The notes beneath the pieces are model-generated. The model was not told the DNA's origin. It searched no databases and saw only the letters and a list, made by a program, of their open reading frames with translations. From NCBI GenBank assembly GCA_965113315.1, contig OZ220372.1: DNA of 64,000 nt; one strand, given 5' to 3'. Both the position numbers and the translations under genes were made by a program. Positions 10,854 through 24,641 of this stretch are shown here, in pieces. The first letter of the stretch is position 1; every line of letters begins with the position of its first letter. Source of the stretch: Podarcis vaucheri. Lineage: Eukaryota.

Positions 10854-13800
10854 TGGCTTCCTGTAAGGAAGTCTCTCTTGAGGTCTCCATGTCAAAATCA
10901 AATCACGCTTCTCTGGTGCTGGCTACGCTTGCAAAAGCTGGATATTTTTAGGGGTGCTTCATAACACTGTACCTTGATTCTAACTTGCTCTGGTTCGTAA
11001 GGAATTCTTGTAAACAGAAAAGTAGCTCAGGCAAGCTGGAAGTCTGCTCATAGAGCAATTAGTGTCTACTTAGCTTCACTCCTGCCCTGATAATGACCCC
11101 CCCCCAGGATACCACTTCATTGCCTTTTATCACTTACTCCACACTCTGTTGGGACACATATAAGCCTAGTTCTGACTAAGGTGGTAAACAGATATCTGAA
11201 AGAGTGTATGTACCACTTCTAACTACTGAACTCTTATTACCCAAGCACTGTATTTTCAGTAATGGGATATCAATGACCCATGCAATTTGCACTGGTATAA
11301 CACAATACAGAACACAAAGCTGCTGTAGCATACTGGGGGGGAAACTGTGGTGCGAACAAGGAGGTATTCATAGCTCTTCTCTGCCATAAATTCAGTAGCT
11401 GACTTTTGGCAACCCAGCCTCTGACTTCCCATCTGCAGTACAGGGTTTAAAAATACTAACTTTCCTTAAGTTAATGTGGGGAACCTGTGGCCCTCCAGAG
11501 ACTAGTAGTTGGCTTTTGTCATTTTCTAACCATTGTTATTGACTGCCCCCTCATCCCACATCTTTCAAATATACCTGCTCAGCAAAAAGGTTAATATTTT
11601 GAAATGTACTGTCCTCTGCCCTGCAATTCAGCCTGCAGAACAGTCATCCTTTGCAAAGCAGCTGAAATATTAAGCCTTCAACTAATGTTTCACCTGTACA
11701 CGTGTGCGTGTGTTTTTAATTTCTTATTCCTCCACCTGCCCTTCCATATATCACTAACTGCTCTCAATTGTGGTATGTTATGCCTGCAATAAATTCAAGT
11801 GTGAAAGTGCTTTAATTATACTTAGAAAGCTAAAGCTCTTAACACCCATTATGTAGGCAAGACACAAAAACTGTCAGTTGTGGCTGCGTGAGTAGCTACT
11901 ATACACAGCTCCAGCATAATTCCATAGCTGGGATTTGCCTTGTATAATGCACATCAAAGCTACCATACTAAGTTGAAGAGTGTTCCAAGAGCAAAGTGGC
12001 TGAATGAGTGTCATTAAATATAGCCATGCTGCTAAGTTAAATGGAACAAAAAACAAAACAAAAAGATAGTTCGTTTTTGAGAAATGCTGCTGAGCTAATA
12101 CCTGGCTTATAGCTCTCATGACTACTTTTCCCAAAGCCATAATTCAGATGGGCAAAGCTAGCTGTGAAGTTTCACAGCCACCTCAGCTAAGCCCGATGAC
12201 TCCTCCTGATGTTTGCAGCAAAAGCCCCGATATTTTATTGTTATCCTCAAGGGGGGAATTCACATCTCCTCTGGCCACTATCCATCTCAGCTCATCACAA
12301 GAAAGCCTGGTGGGGGGAAATGCAAAGAAACAACACTCCTTTCTTTTATGTCAAACCCTTTACTGATCTGAAACTGGACAGAAATCTACTGTGGCTTTTT
12401 GAAAATAACAGCAACTTCAAAAGAAAAGAAAAGAAAGAAAGAAAGAAAATCTTGAAAATGCAACAAAGCTACTCAGAAGGGAGCTGGGGAGATTAAAATG
12501 TAACCATGCAACAAGCAGTCCTCTGTTCGAGAACTAAGCACTCCCAAGAGGGCTTAAATCCATTTGCAGAGTCTGCAAATGGAGACAGTTCTCCTTAAAA
12601 TGCCATTTCCCCACTGGCCCTATTCATCTCAGCATAACACAAGACTGCAATATAAAATTTGGTAGAATTTCTGCCGTTTTCCCCCTTCCCAGTGTGGACG
12701 GAGAAGCATGCGAGCCATGATGTTGCATAAGGCGCATGTCAAGATAGAAGAAGAAACTGTTTGGTCTCAGTGTGAATGGCACCACTCAAAGCAAAAGCAT
12801 CAGTTTCATGGACAGTTCTTGGGCTGGCTACCAGCCCTTTCCACATCAAGTGACAGCGCAGTTAAGACGTCCCTGGGTACATTTCATAGCAGGGAACCCG
12901 TGGCTCGCCATATGTTTGCTGGGCTACAGCTCCCATTGTTCCTTGTTATACAAAAATATGGGGTTGGCTTTTACAGGCCTACTCTCTGTTATAGGAATTC
13001 TAAGGTCTTATATATAAAAAAATAAATGTTCATCAATGTACAAGGCAAACACATACATAAGTAAGTAAGGCTGACGTTTATTTGCCTGTTGGAACAGAGT
13101 TCACACACATACCCCTTGCAAGGAGATGAGGAGGACCCAGAACAAAGGTGTGTAACAGCTTTTAAAGACTTTAGATGTTGCCCAACCCTTAGCCAAAGAC
13201 TCTCCAAAAGTATCACAGAAAGAGATGGTCTACAACAGAAATTCGACAGTGTAGCTTGTCTCCTGTCTGTCAAGATATCTGATAAGGCTCGCTGATTGCC
13301 CCACCTTGGCCACTGATGAATATTCAACTTATTTATGACAACTTAGAATTCTTACAACAATCGTCCCGCCCCCCCCAAAAAAAAAACAACTGGTATCCAG
13401 CTTCTCAGATGGTTTTCTATAAACATGAAGAGAGACTTGCATGCCAGGCCTTTTAAGGCTATTAAGAAGCCTTCTCTCCCCTTTCCTTTAGAAAAGGAGG
13501 GTCTGTGCTTTGCACTCCCTGTAGAGAAATGCCTGCACCTCTTCAGCTAACCGCTAAGGGACTTTACGTGGCTCAGCAACTGGTGGATTGCTTGCGCTCA
13601 GGAGTTCAGGGCTGCTGCTGTGGGCTACGCCAGTCGGGTGTTTGCACAAAGTTTGGCATCATTCATGATCGTAAGAACATAAGAAGAGCCCTGCTGGATC
13701 AGGCCAGCGGCCCATCTACTGCTGGGAAGTTTTTGCCTCTGCACATGAGTCTGGGAATGTTCTGATCAGTTCACATTGAGTTCAGTACCCTGACCTGTTC

Positions 13801-14006
13801 TTAATGCATTGTTGGCCACATCTACAGACTGCGATTGTTATGTTCTTTCAAGTCATGCAATATCAATCCCTAGTAACCATGTGTTCCCTTTCCCAACCTT
13901 TATGATGAATGCCCTTGCATTGTATTTGTGTTAACCAATCAGCAACAAGCACATATGTGGTGATGCTGTAATATTCAATAAAAGAGACTCGCCGAGACAT
14001 GCTCGG

Positions 14007-14164
14007 TAGAATCATAGAATCATAGAGTTGGAAGAGACCACAAGGGCCATCGAGTCCAACCCCCTGCCAAGCAGGAAACACCATCAGAGCACTCCTGACA
14101 TATGGTTGTCAAGCCTCTGCTTAAAGACCTCCAAAGAAGGAGACTCCACCACACTCCTTGGTAG
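14007..14164 (-). mobile_element. CR1 LINE 3' end
   Basis: (ATTCTATG)n tail and GGGGGTTGGACTCGATGGCC 3'UTR motif on minus strand. Confidence 0.88.
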
Positions 14165-16155
14165 ATGCCTCCCGTATGACACCTTGCCATTCGTCTGTCG
14201 CAAATGATCCTTATGGGGTATCCAAAGCAAGACCTGCGCACAACACACTCTTCCCCCTTGCAACTTCCAGCAACTACCATTCAGACCATTGGCCTTCAGT
14301 GGGGTTGATGGGAGTCCAAGAACCCCTGAAGGGCCACAGCTTCCATGGGCCTGTATTCTACAGTGTCTGTGACAATCCCTGGTGATGATGGCACCATTCT
14401 AGTCTCACCCTGAGCAACTTTGTGAATGTATCTATTTATGGCCTAGTATGGCTCCACTTGGGAGTAACTGCAGACAGGCACTTAACATGAAGGGACATCT
14501 TAGCTCAAACCTTAAAGCAAATCTATACGAAACCTTTTAGAGTCAAGATAAAAGGAAAAGCAAGGCATAGAATATGATATCTGTGCTTGCTCACCTGTAG
14601 TATGATTACTCACTGAAAGGAAAAAAACCACTGAGGTGTTTCCAGAGAAATGCATAAGGTGTAAGAAATGTTAGCCTCAAGAAATGTAAAATGTAAAAGC
14701 TATGCATGTCCTTTTTAAAAAATGCAAATGTGTCTAAGTAGGAATGAATATATTTGTTGCTGCTACTACTACCCAAAAAATGATAGGGATTTTTCTTTTT
14801 AACAAAACAATTGTTTTAAAGCTTCGTCTCAACTAGCATAACCTTCCCATAGTATGGTCAAATTACAGCTATATATACATGCTTGGGCTGCATTATTGAA
14901 ATTGCTCTGCTTGAAGTTCAACAGATTTATATCACAAGGCATTTCACCCTTGCTCAGGGTGAGATGATTGACTCAGCAGCATTTTAATCCATTTGTATCC
15001 AAACAGTTGTAAACAGGTTACTTACATAACACTATTTTCTTTGGCCTCCTTTAGATTCTTAAGTGCTTTCTCTATCAGGTTTGCAAATCAGTGTGTTGTA
15101 GAACTTATTTACTGGAGTGTTCTGTTACCGGGTTCACTCCCAAGTAAGCATGCTTAGAAATATAGCTTCAAACTCTGATATTATCAGTTAATCATAGCAC
15201 AATCCTATGTGTGCCTACTCAAAAGTAAGTCCTGTGGTATTAAATGGGGCATATTCACAGGAAATTGTGCACAGCATTGCAGCCCTAGATGCAGAGGCGT
15301 AGGAAAGTCAGGTGGTACCCAGTGTGGAAAATTTCTTGTGTGTCCCCCCCCCACATTGATTTTTTTTATTTTTTTGCCTACAACAATAGTTTTACGTTAT
15401 TTAATATTTTCTTACAAAGGAATGTGGATTCTGGGCCTCCGATAACAAGCAGGCGACTGTGGACAGATACTTAAATCTACAGGATGCATTGTGTTTTGGC
15501 TTGTGTTATTTTATTTATTGTTTATTTATTTATTTAATAAAAAATATTTTTAAAAACCTGCAAAGTTGTTTACTGAAACAAAACAAAACAAAAAAAACCC
15601 ACAGCAGTAAAATCAAGAAAAATTAACAATCCTACTTTAAAACATACAAAAGCTAAAATATTCAGATTAAAATTATTTCAACTTCCTAAGCATCTAGGTA
15701 TGCTTGCCTAAAGAACAATGCTTTTAGCAGGTGCCCGAAAAGAGTCTAGCAAAGGCACTAGCTTTGTTGCAATAGGCGGGGAGTTCCAAAGGTCAGGTGT
15801 TGTCCCAGTAAACAACGCAGGACGGATATTATGTGGAACCCGTAGCAGTGCTTGGAACTACTGAAGGGGAGGTTTTATTTATTGTGATTTCACCATGCTC
15901 TGCATTATCTGGAACAGCCTGAAGATTTGACGCAGAGAGGAACCCCACCCGGGTTTCCCCGCATGTAACGTAACAGGCAGGGAGCCAGCTCAGATGGAGA
16001 GAAAGACATTGGAGGAGGGGAGGACAACAGTCCGCCCATTTGATCCTCTTTGGGATGCTGGCGCTGGGCTCTGGGAGCCCCCTCCCCCAAATATTTATTT
16101 GTCTTCAATGTATTGTGACCACTGTTATTCTATAGGACAGATCCTTTTTAAATTA

Positions 16156-16519
16156 CCGTATTTTTTGCACCATAACACTCACTTTTTTCCTCCTAGAAAG
16201 TAAGGGGAAATGTCTGTGCGTGTTATGGAGCGAATGCCTGCGGGTGGCGGGGGGATCTGCTGCAGTCATGAGCAGAGGATCCATGGTTCCCCTTCCTTCA
16301 CTCCTCCATGGTTACAAAGCATGGATCCACATGGATCCTCAGGATTTTTGCACTGGGCTACTCCAAACTCACTGTCAGATCACATGTCTGTGGCCACAGC
16401 AGGAACCACAAAAATCATACATCCACTATTTCGTTCAGAATATTTTTTTTCTTGTTTTCCTCCTCTAAAAACTACGTGCGTGTTATGGTCTGGTGCGTGT
16501 TATAGAGCAAAAAATACGG
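16156..16519. mobile_element. Tc2/pogo-like MITE (CCGTATTTTT termini)
   Basis: TIR CCGTATTTTT...AAAAATACGG; left TA; second copy at 41731-41899. Confidence 0.8.
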
Positions 16520-16940
16520 GTAAACACTTTCTCTGAAATTAAAATGGCCTCCTCAGCAGCCAGGAAAGTCGGCCTGTGTGACGAACAGGAGACTAGGCCA
16601 ATTAGATTCTGCCTGGCCTGGCCAACCCAGCTGACCAATCGGCTGCATGCAGGGGGCGGGGCGAAGGCAAGGCAAGGCCTAATAATCTACTTGGCCTAGT
16701 CACCTGTTCTTCACACAGGCCGACTTTCCAGGACTCAGCAAGCCCAGAGGAGGAAAGGGCAGCAGGGGGCTTCCAAAGGTCTTCTCTTACTAAACTAGGG
16801 ATTAGATAGCTATATCTGAAATTTTATGCATATCCGTTAATATATTGACCCTGAAATTTCAGCCTTCAGGACACAGGAAAACGGCCAAGTAAACAGCTAT
16901 TTTTGTGGAGGAGGGTCAAGATATTAACTGATATGGACAG

Positions 16941-17310
16941 TGTTATGTACTGAGTTGAATAGGATCCAAACTGCAGCAGTCTGATTGGTCCTAGAACAAT
17001 AGGATCCAAATTACAGCAGTCTGATTGGTCCTAGAACAATAGGATTCAGAATGCAGCAGTCTGATTGGTCCAAGAACAATGCAGCAGTATGATTGGTTGG
17101 CAGGAACCACCCAATCATGCTCCAGATATAAGTGAATCCACAACCTGATTGGCTTACAGTAGAATTCCAGAATTAACCAATCATGTGCAGCCCGTTGTGT
17201 AAATAATGTATATAAAGCAGATACTTTGAGGGGACTTTCATTCATTCCTCCTCACTACTATGAGCTGAATAAAGAGCATGAAATCACTTTGCGACTCTGA
17301 GTATATTTCA
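16941..17310 (+). mobile_element. Solo LTR, family A (370 bp)
   Basis: TGTTATGTAC...TATATTTCA; TSD GACAG on both sides. Confidence 0.9.
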
Positions 17311-17992
17311 GACAGCAAATAGCCAAGATGGGGCAGGCCATCAGAAGCGCGCCCCCTTTGCCGCCTTGACTGGGCTGTGGGCAGGGAGCGATGGCTGACG
17401 CCAATTTTATGGCAGCCCCCCCCCCCCGCCGGTGCCCCTGGCAGGGGCCCACCTCACCACCCCCTAGCTCAGGCCCTGGTTGGTGCTGAACTGAACTGAA
17501 AATGAAATATACACTTTAACTGTCAAAAAAATTAATCCTAATGTATAAAATGTAAACAACCCGGAAGGCTGAACATGGAAATGCTGCAGAATGTGCCTTG
17601 TTAATTTTTAAAATGCCAAACCTCAATATTTATTCAGTATTTCAGTATAGCTCATTAAAGGAAAATACATTTTCCTCTTAGAGGAATTTTTGAAAAGACA
17701 TCCGTTTCTTGACAGCAGAGAGCAGAGCACAGCTTGACAGGTAAAGTGTGTATTTCATTTTCAGTTCAAAGCTGTAACAATTCAAATACCTCAATCAAAG
17801 GATGGGGCTTCGGCGTGGGGACCAGGAAGGAGACCTGAATTGTCCCAGTCGAATCACAGTACTAATTAATCTACCAAATCCAGAACACCACACATTCAGG
17901 TACACTCCCCCCTCCCCTCCCCCGTTGGCTTCTTCTTTTATAATCTTATATATTGAACTTATCCCATGCAAAGATTTAGATATTAAAAGGTA

Positions 17993-18299
17993 CAGTGGTG
18001 CCCCGCAAGACGAATGCCTCGCAAGACGGAAAACTCGCTAGACGAAAGAGTTTTCCGTTTTGGAGGTGCTTCGCAAAACGAATCTCCTATGGGCTTGCTT
18101 CGCAAGACGACAATGACTTGCGAGTTCCTACGAGTTTTTTCCCTTCCCCCCCTTTTTCTAAGCTGCTAAGCCGCTTATCAGCTGATCCGAAAAGCCGCTA
18201 ATCCGCTAATCCGTCAATGGGCTTGCTTCGGAAGACGAAAAAACCGCTAGACGAAGAGAATCACAGAACGGATTCTTTTCGTCTTGCGAGGCACCACTG
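17993..18299. mobile_element. MITE family M2
   Basis: Same TIRs; TA TSD. Confidence 0.9.
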
Positions 18300-20800
18300 T
18301 AAAGGTAAAGAGAGTTTAAAGCAGTATCATACCACTATAAACAATAATGGCTTCTTCTCAAAAATCGTGGGAACTGTAGTTTCTCAAGGGTGCCGATAGT
18401 TATTAGAAAACCTGTTTGCCTCATGGAACTGCAATTCCCAGAGTCCCGATAGAATTGGATGGATTGTTAAACCACTCTGAAAGTTGTAGCTCTGTGAGGC
18501 CTCGCATAAACATGACCCAATACCATTTGAGCCAAAGAGTCAACGGCTTTACTTCCCCAAAGCAGAGAAAACACTTTCTAATGACAGTGTAGGCTTTGCT
18601 CTTCAGTCCAGGGTACTTTGACTGTGAGCCCCAACGCTTGTTCTGTTGCATACCTTTGTGGAGGAAAACTTTGGACCAAGGTTATCAAGTCCATTGCACT
18701 CCTGCCCTGTACTTGCTAGAGTGTGCTGAGGCAAAGATACTGATGACTTGATAAGGGACTATTTGTTTTGCACTCACTTTTGCTGATATAAAGAGCAAAC
18801 AGGGACCTCTTACTATTACTCCAGATTTATATTAGATAGTGCGGTTCAGTTTTACAGCTTCTCTGCTTAAACCAATGGCAAACCTCTTATGTCGAAGCAC
18901 TTAAGCTTAATTAGGGTTTTATCAGTAGCATAGGTGCTTCTGAGATGTGCGTGTGCAAACCACAGGGTGCTAACTTGTGGTAAAGATGTCACAAATGGGG
19001 GGGGGCGGGTCAAGAAGGGTGTGACTAGGGTGATGTCTCCATGGACTATGGATAATTGATTAGAGTACGTTTAGGACCCTAATGTAAGGTTTGGATAAGA
19101 TATATATATGTAAGAGATACTCTGTGTCATTTCCATAATTGTTTTCTGGTTATTTATTATATTCTGTATTTCATTTGTAGACATGGAGCGTTCTCTTTCT
19201 GGATCCTGTCATTGCTACCCTCACACTTGAAAATAATAATAATAATAAAAGGCAAACGAGGGAGGCGGTCAAAGACAACTTCAGGATCTTCTTCAGTCAG
19301 ACTGCTCCCCCCCCCCCGCAGCAGGACTAAATGGACACCCTCTGCTCTCTGGGAAGGAAGGAAGGAGGAGGCAGCAGCCAGCCAGCCAGCGAGGGGTAAG
19401 CTCAGGACTTGCTCCAGGCAGTCTGTTCCTCCCTTTGTATCATTTGTTTTAGTTGTTTTAAATTTGTAAATTGCCTCGAGTAACTTGGCAAAAAGGCAGT
19501 ATAAAAATGCAACCAGCAAACAAGGAATGGAACATCGCATGGGTAGCTGTGGCATTATGTGGCCGGAACAGGAAAGGCTGTGGCCTTAACTATGGAGCCA
19601 GATCAGATCCGTCCTCCCTGCTTAGCTGTCACGCTGCACTGTTGCCTGCTCTCCTGCTCAGTAGACCTGAAGCACAACCACACAAAGGCACTGGGTTGAC
19701 CATGTACTATAGTATACACTTGTCTCATACTTCCCTTTGTACAGTGGGCTGATTTCTACATGAACTCACATACCTGTCTCTGTCCTTCATCCAGGCAAGC
19801 ACATGTCATTATCGTAGTTCAAGGATACATTCCACCTGGGTGGTGGTGGTGGGGAGACAAAAAAGGGCTGTAGTGTACTTCAACACCCCCCCGGCGGAAC
19901 ATGCTTCAAATGTGCTCTAAAGCACATGTATGTAGGCAGAGGGCAAACCCTTAAAGAGGGGTGTGGCATGGAGAAAGGGGGCATCACATGGGAGAATTCT
20001 GAGGGCAGATAAAGAGGCCTGGAGAGTCACATTTGGCCCCTGAGTATGTTCCCTGCTGCCACAGCAATACGATAGATACTGAACCTCCATGTCCCTGCAG
20101 TTGTGCTGGCAATGGCCACTGGGCCTCTCTGTACCCCAGGTCCATGGAGGGGATACTCTCAAAAGTAGGACGATAATTCCTCCTTCACCCATCACACTGC
20201 AACCCACCGTTTTAGGAGCACCCACTTCCTATTTTGTCATTTCCTAGTAGGGCGTTCCATTGTTTTGTAATGTCAGGCTGGTGTCCTCATCTAACCTTGT
20301 GCTGCAAACAGTACCTTGACAACGAAAATGGATCCTATGAGTCCTTATGGTTGCAAAGTGACATACTTCAGCTGGTGTTGGGAGTGGGGGAGCCTAATGA
20401 TGGCGAATCTGTATGTAAGAGTCAGACAGCTGCTGAATTCCTTGAAAGCATTGTGGGGTAAGAGCCTAGAGGAGCATTTCAATTGCAGCAGAACGCTGAG
20501 GCAACCACATTGAGGTTACTGATGTACCAGGCTCACAGCTAGCTGGCCGGGGGCAGAGCCTGAACTTTATTTTTTTTTAAAAAAAGAAAAACTATGTCCC
20601 TAGCCCCTCTAGAAAAATAAAAGTTATGAAGCAAAATGTGCAAGTATCCTTAGAAGCAATTTCTGTAAGATGAGCCAGCCTACCTGCTGCCACCTTTTAG
20701 TGTTTTTAGCTAATGAGTGACAGACAGATGTCAACAACAACTTGAAATGCAGCTGGAGAAGTGATGAGTTCTTTGCAGTTAAAGCCTCTCTAGTGTGTGC

Positions 20801-21144
20801 GTAAAGGTAAAGGGACCCCTGACCATTAGGTCCAGTCGTGACCGACTCTGGGATTGCGGCACTCATCTCGCTTTATTGGCCGAGGGAGCCGGCGTACAGC
20901 TTCTGGGTCATGTGGCCAGCATGACTAAGCCGCTTCTGGCGAACCAGAGCAGCACACGGAAATGCTGTTTACCTTCCCGCCGGAGTGGTACCTATTTATC
21001 TACTTGCACTTTGACATGCTTTCGAACTGCTAGGTTGGCAGGAGCAGGGACCGAGCAACAGGAGCTCACCCCGTCGCAGGGATTCGAACCGCCGACCTTC
21101 TGATTCGCAAGCCCTAGGCTCTGTGGTTTAACCCACAGCGCCAC
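20801..21144 (-). mobile_element. Sauria SINE
   Basis: tRNA-derived head with A box TGGCGCTGTGG and B box GGTTCGAATCC; (ACCTTT)n BovB-like tail. Confidence 0.92.
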
Positions 21145-22983
21145 AGCCCTAATGAAATTAAATGAATAGTAGTAATAGTAGTAGCAACTTTCAAGGTTTA
21201 GGAGCAGGCTTGGTTTGTTTGTTTGATGTGTCTGTTTGCAAGTGTAGAGCAAGAAGCAATTTATTGCCCTGTTGCTCCTCACCTGGCTGTTATCACAAAT
21301 GCCCTAAGGTGACTTCTTAGGATAAGGATATTTAAATCTTCTGATAGCTTCTGCCCCTTCACCCTGAGGCTTGACAATATCCACCCTCCCTTCCCCACAG
21401 GTGGGCGGGGTTTGCGGCACCGAGCGGGGGGGGGTCACCTGGGCGGGTGCCACCTACCTGTCCCGCCCACCTGTGGAGGACAATGGACAGCCAGCCGGGG
21501 ATGGGCCTAAGGCCAAAAGAAAAGAGGAAGACTCTGTTGCTCAAGCCTCTTTTGCTGTTCTTCCTTCCAGTATCATGCTCTGATCACTGTGTCATGTGCT
21601 GTATGAGATCTAGTCTTACTCATCACAGGTGATGTCTGTGCTTTTTAATGCAAATTACCTAAATGTGGGTTATACCTGAAAGAGGGAGATACAGTTTCTT
21701 TCTTGATAGCAAGGCAAGATGTCACTCCTGGGATTTCAAAAGAAGACTGTGCATCCATGTCACTGTTGTACATTTTATTTGGAGGCCTGAAGCAAAGTAG
21801 GGTGAAAGGTTGCTGTCCTCATTTGACATTAGTTACTAGGTTCTGTATTTGTGTTATTTACTGGCTCGCTATAATCTGCACTTGCTGAACGCCATGGTTT
21901 CTGTTTGGACAGTGAATCAAGCACTGACTTCATTAGCATCAATAAACTATTTGGTTTCCCCCAAAGATGCAATGGTAGAGAGCTCTATGTTGTGACAATG
22001 AAGGACATCTAGAAGCAGGGACTTCTGCTGCAAATCTTGCTCTCCAAAGCTCAGCGGTTTGGTTATCCTAGCACCATGCCCTCAAACTCAGCTGCGTGGC
22101 CCAGCCCTTCCCTGCCTGTTTCCAGGCCCTTCCCTTTTGGTCATCCTAACAAAGTTATTACAGCGCCGAAAACATGCTATGTACATGCATGCATAGTAGA
22201 TTAGGGTAGTCCTGTATAGAAAACACATTTTCAGAGCTTTGGCTGCATGATCTGATGTGATGAAGAAGGCCTTTAAATTATAACTGGCTGCAATGCATCA
22301 GGCTGCTTTAAAATCCTCATTTTGTCAGCAGCTTGAGAAACCATCTCTTTTGTTTTGGGGTTCATTTTGGATACCCCACCACTTTTTGAATTTTATTTTT
22401 TAGGATTGATTGCGAGCAGTGCAATTCCAAACTCTAGAGTCTTCATGCCAACAACATATTCTGTTGCTCAGCCTGGAAAGAGAAACCCCCAAGGGACCTA
22501 GAATTATTGCAACGCTTCTCCATGCTTTGCTTTAGAGCTCTAAATGAGATCAGACTGGTCCTTGGGTGAAACTGTCAAAGGGAGTCTCTAGCCTTTACCT
22601 TGCTATTACTCAGTTTCAGCTCCTGTGCAAGTCCCTTCTTTGCTGGGTGAGTTCTCCTCTTGGGTGCTGGAGCCACACATCATCCATTAAAGAAGTAGAT
22701 GGGGGTCAACAGTATTACTGCCACCACACCTTCTCCATCTTCTGGGTGAGAGGGCTGCCTTTTTCAGGTCAATGGAAGGGTAGGTCCCTATACAAAAAAG
22801 GAATCTGCATTGCAATACATCCCTTGTATTAAGCCAAGCTAGTTTCATCATAAGGTGATAATCTTGGGGTTGAGTCATTAAGGAGGATTAAGGTGCAAAT
22901 GGGTGGGGCCCTTCTCTCATCTCCCAGAGAGTGAGAAGGACAAAGCCAGAATTTAGGGCAGAGTTTTGCAGGTATGTATGTGT

Positions 22984-23330
22984 GGGTGGCGCTGTGGGTT
23001 AAACCACAGAGCCTAGGACTTGCCGATCAGAAGGTCGGCGGTTCGAATCCCCGCGACAGGGTGAGCTCTCATTCCTTGGTCCCTGCTCCTACCAACATAG
23101 CAGTTCAAAAGCACGTCAAAGTGCAAGTAGATAAATAGGTACTGCTCCGGCGGGAAGGTAAACGGTGTTTCCGTGCGCTGCTCTGGTTCGCCAGAAGTGG
23201 CTTAGTCATGCTGGCCACATGACCCGGAAGCTGTACGCCAGCTCCCTCGGCCAGTAAAGCGAGATGAGCGCCGCAACCCCAGAGTTGGCCACGACTGGAC
23301 CAAATGGTCAGGGGTCCCTTTACCTTTACC
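22984..23330 (+). mobile_element. Sauria SINE
   Basis: A/B boxes; CCTTTACCTTTACC tail; probable TSD TATGTG. Confidence 0.92.
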
Positions 23331-24415
23331 TATGTGATTTAGATGCAAAATGATAAGCAGAGAGAGAGAGAGAGAGAGAGCTAAGGTTGTGTATATCATA
23401 AAAGACGCCACCATCTCCACTGTGCCTCACTTCCAAAAGGAAACACGAATTCTGGGTAAGCACTCCTGGAACTTTGCACCACTCAGAGGTTGGGGTGGCA
23501 TTCAACAATATAAATAGTCCACAATGCTCTGGTGACAAGACAGAGAGCAGTTATCATTTTCTTCTTAACTAAGAAGTCCCAAACTGATTAGCACATCCCT
23601 ATAGGGTGCTCCAACCCTACAAGTGTTTGTTATGGTCGTTCTTTGCTACAACCTCTCCAGCTCCCTGACCACAGAGCTACATGCCAGGTCAGTGGAGGCC
23701 GATCCATTAGGGCACAGCACCAACCAGGGCCGTAGCTAGGGGGTGGTGAGGTGGGCCAGGGGCACAGGCGAGGGGGGGGGGGCGTAAAATCGGCTGCCGA
23801 GACCCTCCAGCCAGCACTCCCTGTCCAGCTTGCAGCCCAGGCAAGGCGGGGAAGGGGGTGCGCTGGGCGGTGTCTGCTCTCGGCTGTCCCCTTCCCCTTG
23901 GCCCTCCTGGTAGCTGGGCTAGCTGGGCAGCCGGGCGGGGGAGCCTGCGGGTTCCCCGAGCGCCCCATCCCATTTGGCCATGAAGTGCCGCCTCTGCCTC
24001 TCCTGGACCTCGCTCAGGGTCGGGGCTAGGAAGGTCCACCAGCTTTGGCCCCTGACGAAGCCTGGCCCACACTCCTTCCACTCCGGGCGCCGGGGGAGAG
24101 TCGCCAACTTCAAAGCCTGCCTACTCCGGAGTCACTTCTCTCTCTCCTTTCGCACACCCTCCCTTAAGGGTGCCAACTTGAATAAAAAATATGGGGGGGC
24201 AGGTAAGCCCCGCCCTGTATAATTGACCACACGACAGAGCACATATACACTATTTGAATGGCAATGCCCATTAACGGGGGGGGGGGGGTGAAGAAACCTT
24301 GGCTCCCAGGCCCTTCTCCCTATTAAAGTGGAGTGCTCCCCACTTTGGGGGATTTCACTTATGCAGGTAGGGGCCTGGAACGTAACCTGCACATAATTGC
24401 GGAGACTTCTATATA

Positions 24416-24641
24416 CAGTGGTACCTCTGGTTACAAACTTAATTCGTTCAGGAGATCTGTTCTTAACCTCAAACTGTTGTTAACCTGAGGTACCACTTTA
24501 GCTAATGGGGCCTCCCGCTGCCGCAGCGCTGCCACCACACGATTTCTGTTCTCATCCTGAAGCAAAGTTCTTAACCTGAGGTACTACTTCCAGGTTAGCG
24601 GAGTCTGTAACCCAACTTGTTTGTAACCCGAGGTACCACTG
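24416..24641. mobile_element. MITE family M1 (opposite orientation)
   Basis: CAGTGGTACCT...AGGTACCACTG; TA TSDs. Confidence 0.85.

Noticed and set aside
4604-17245. Three-copy MNESPLKVSALY... 'gene family'
   Set aside because: All copies are antisense frames within non-coding solo LTRs.
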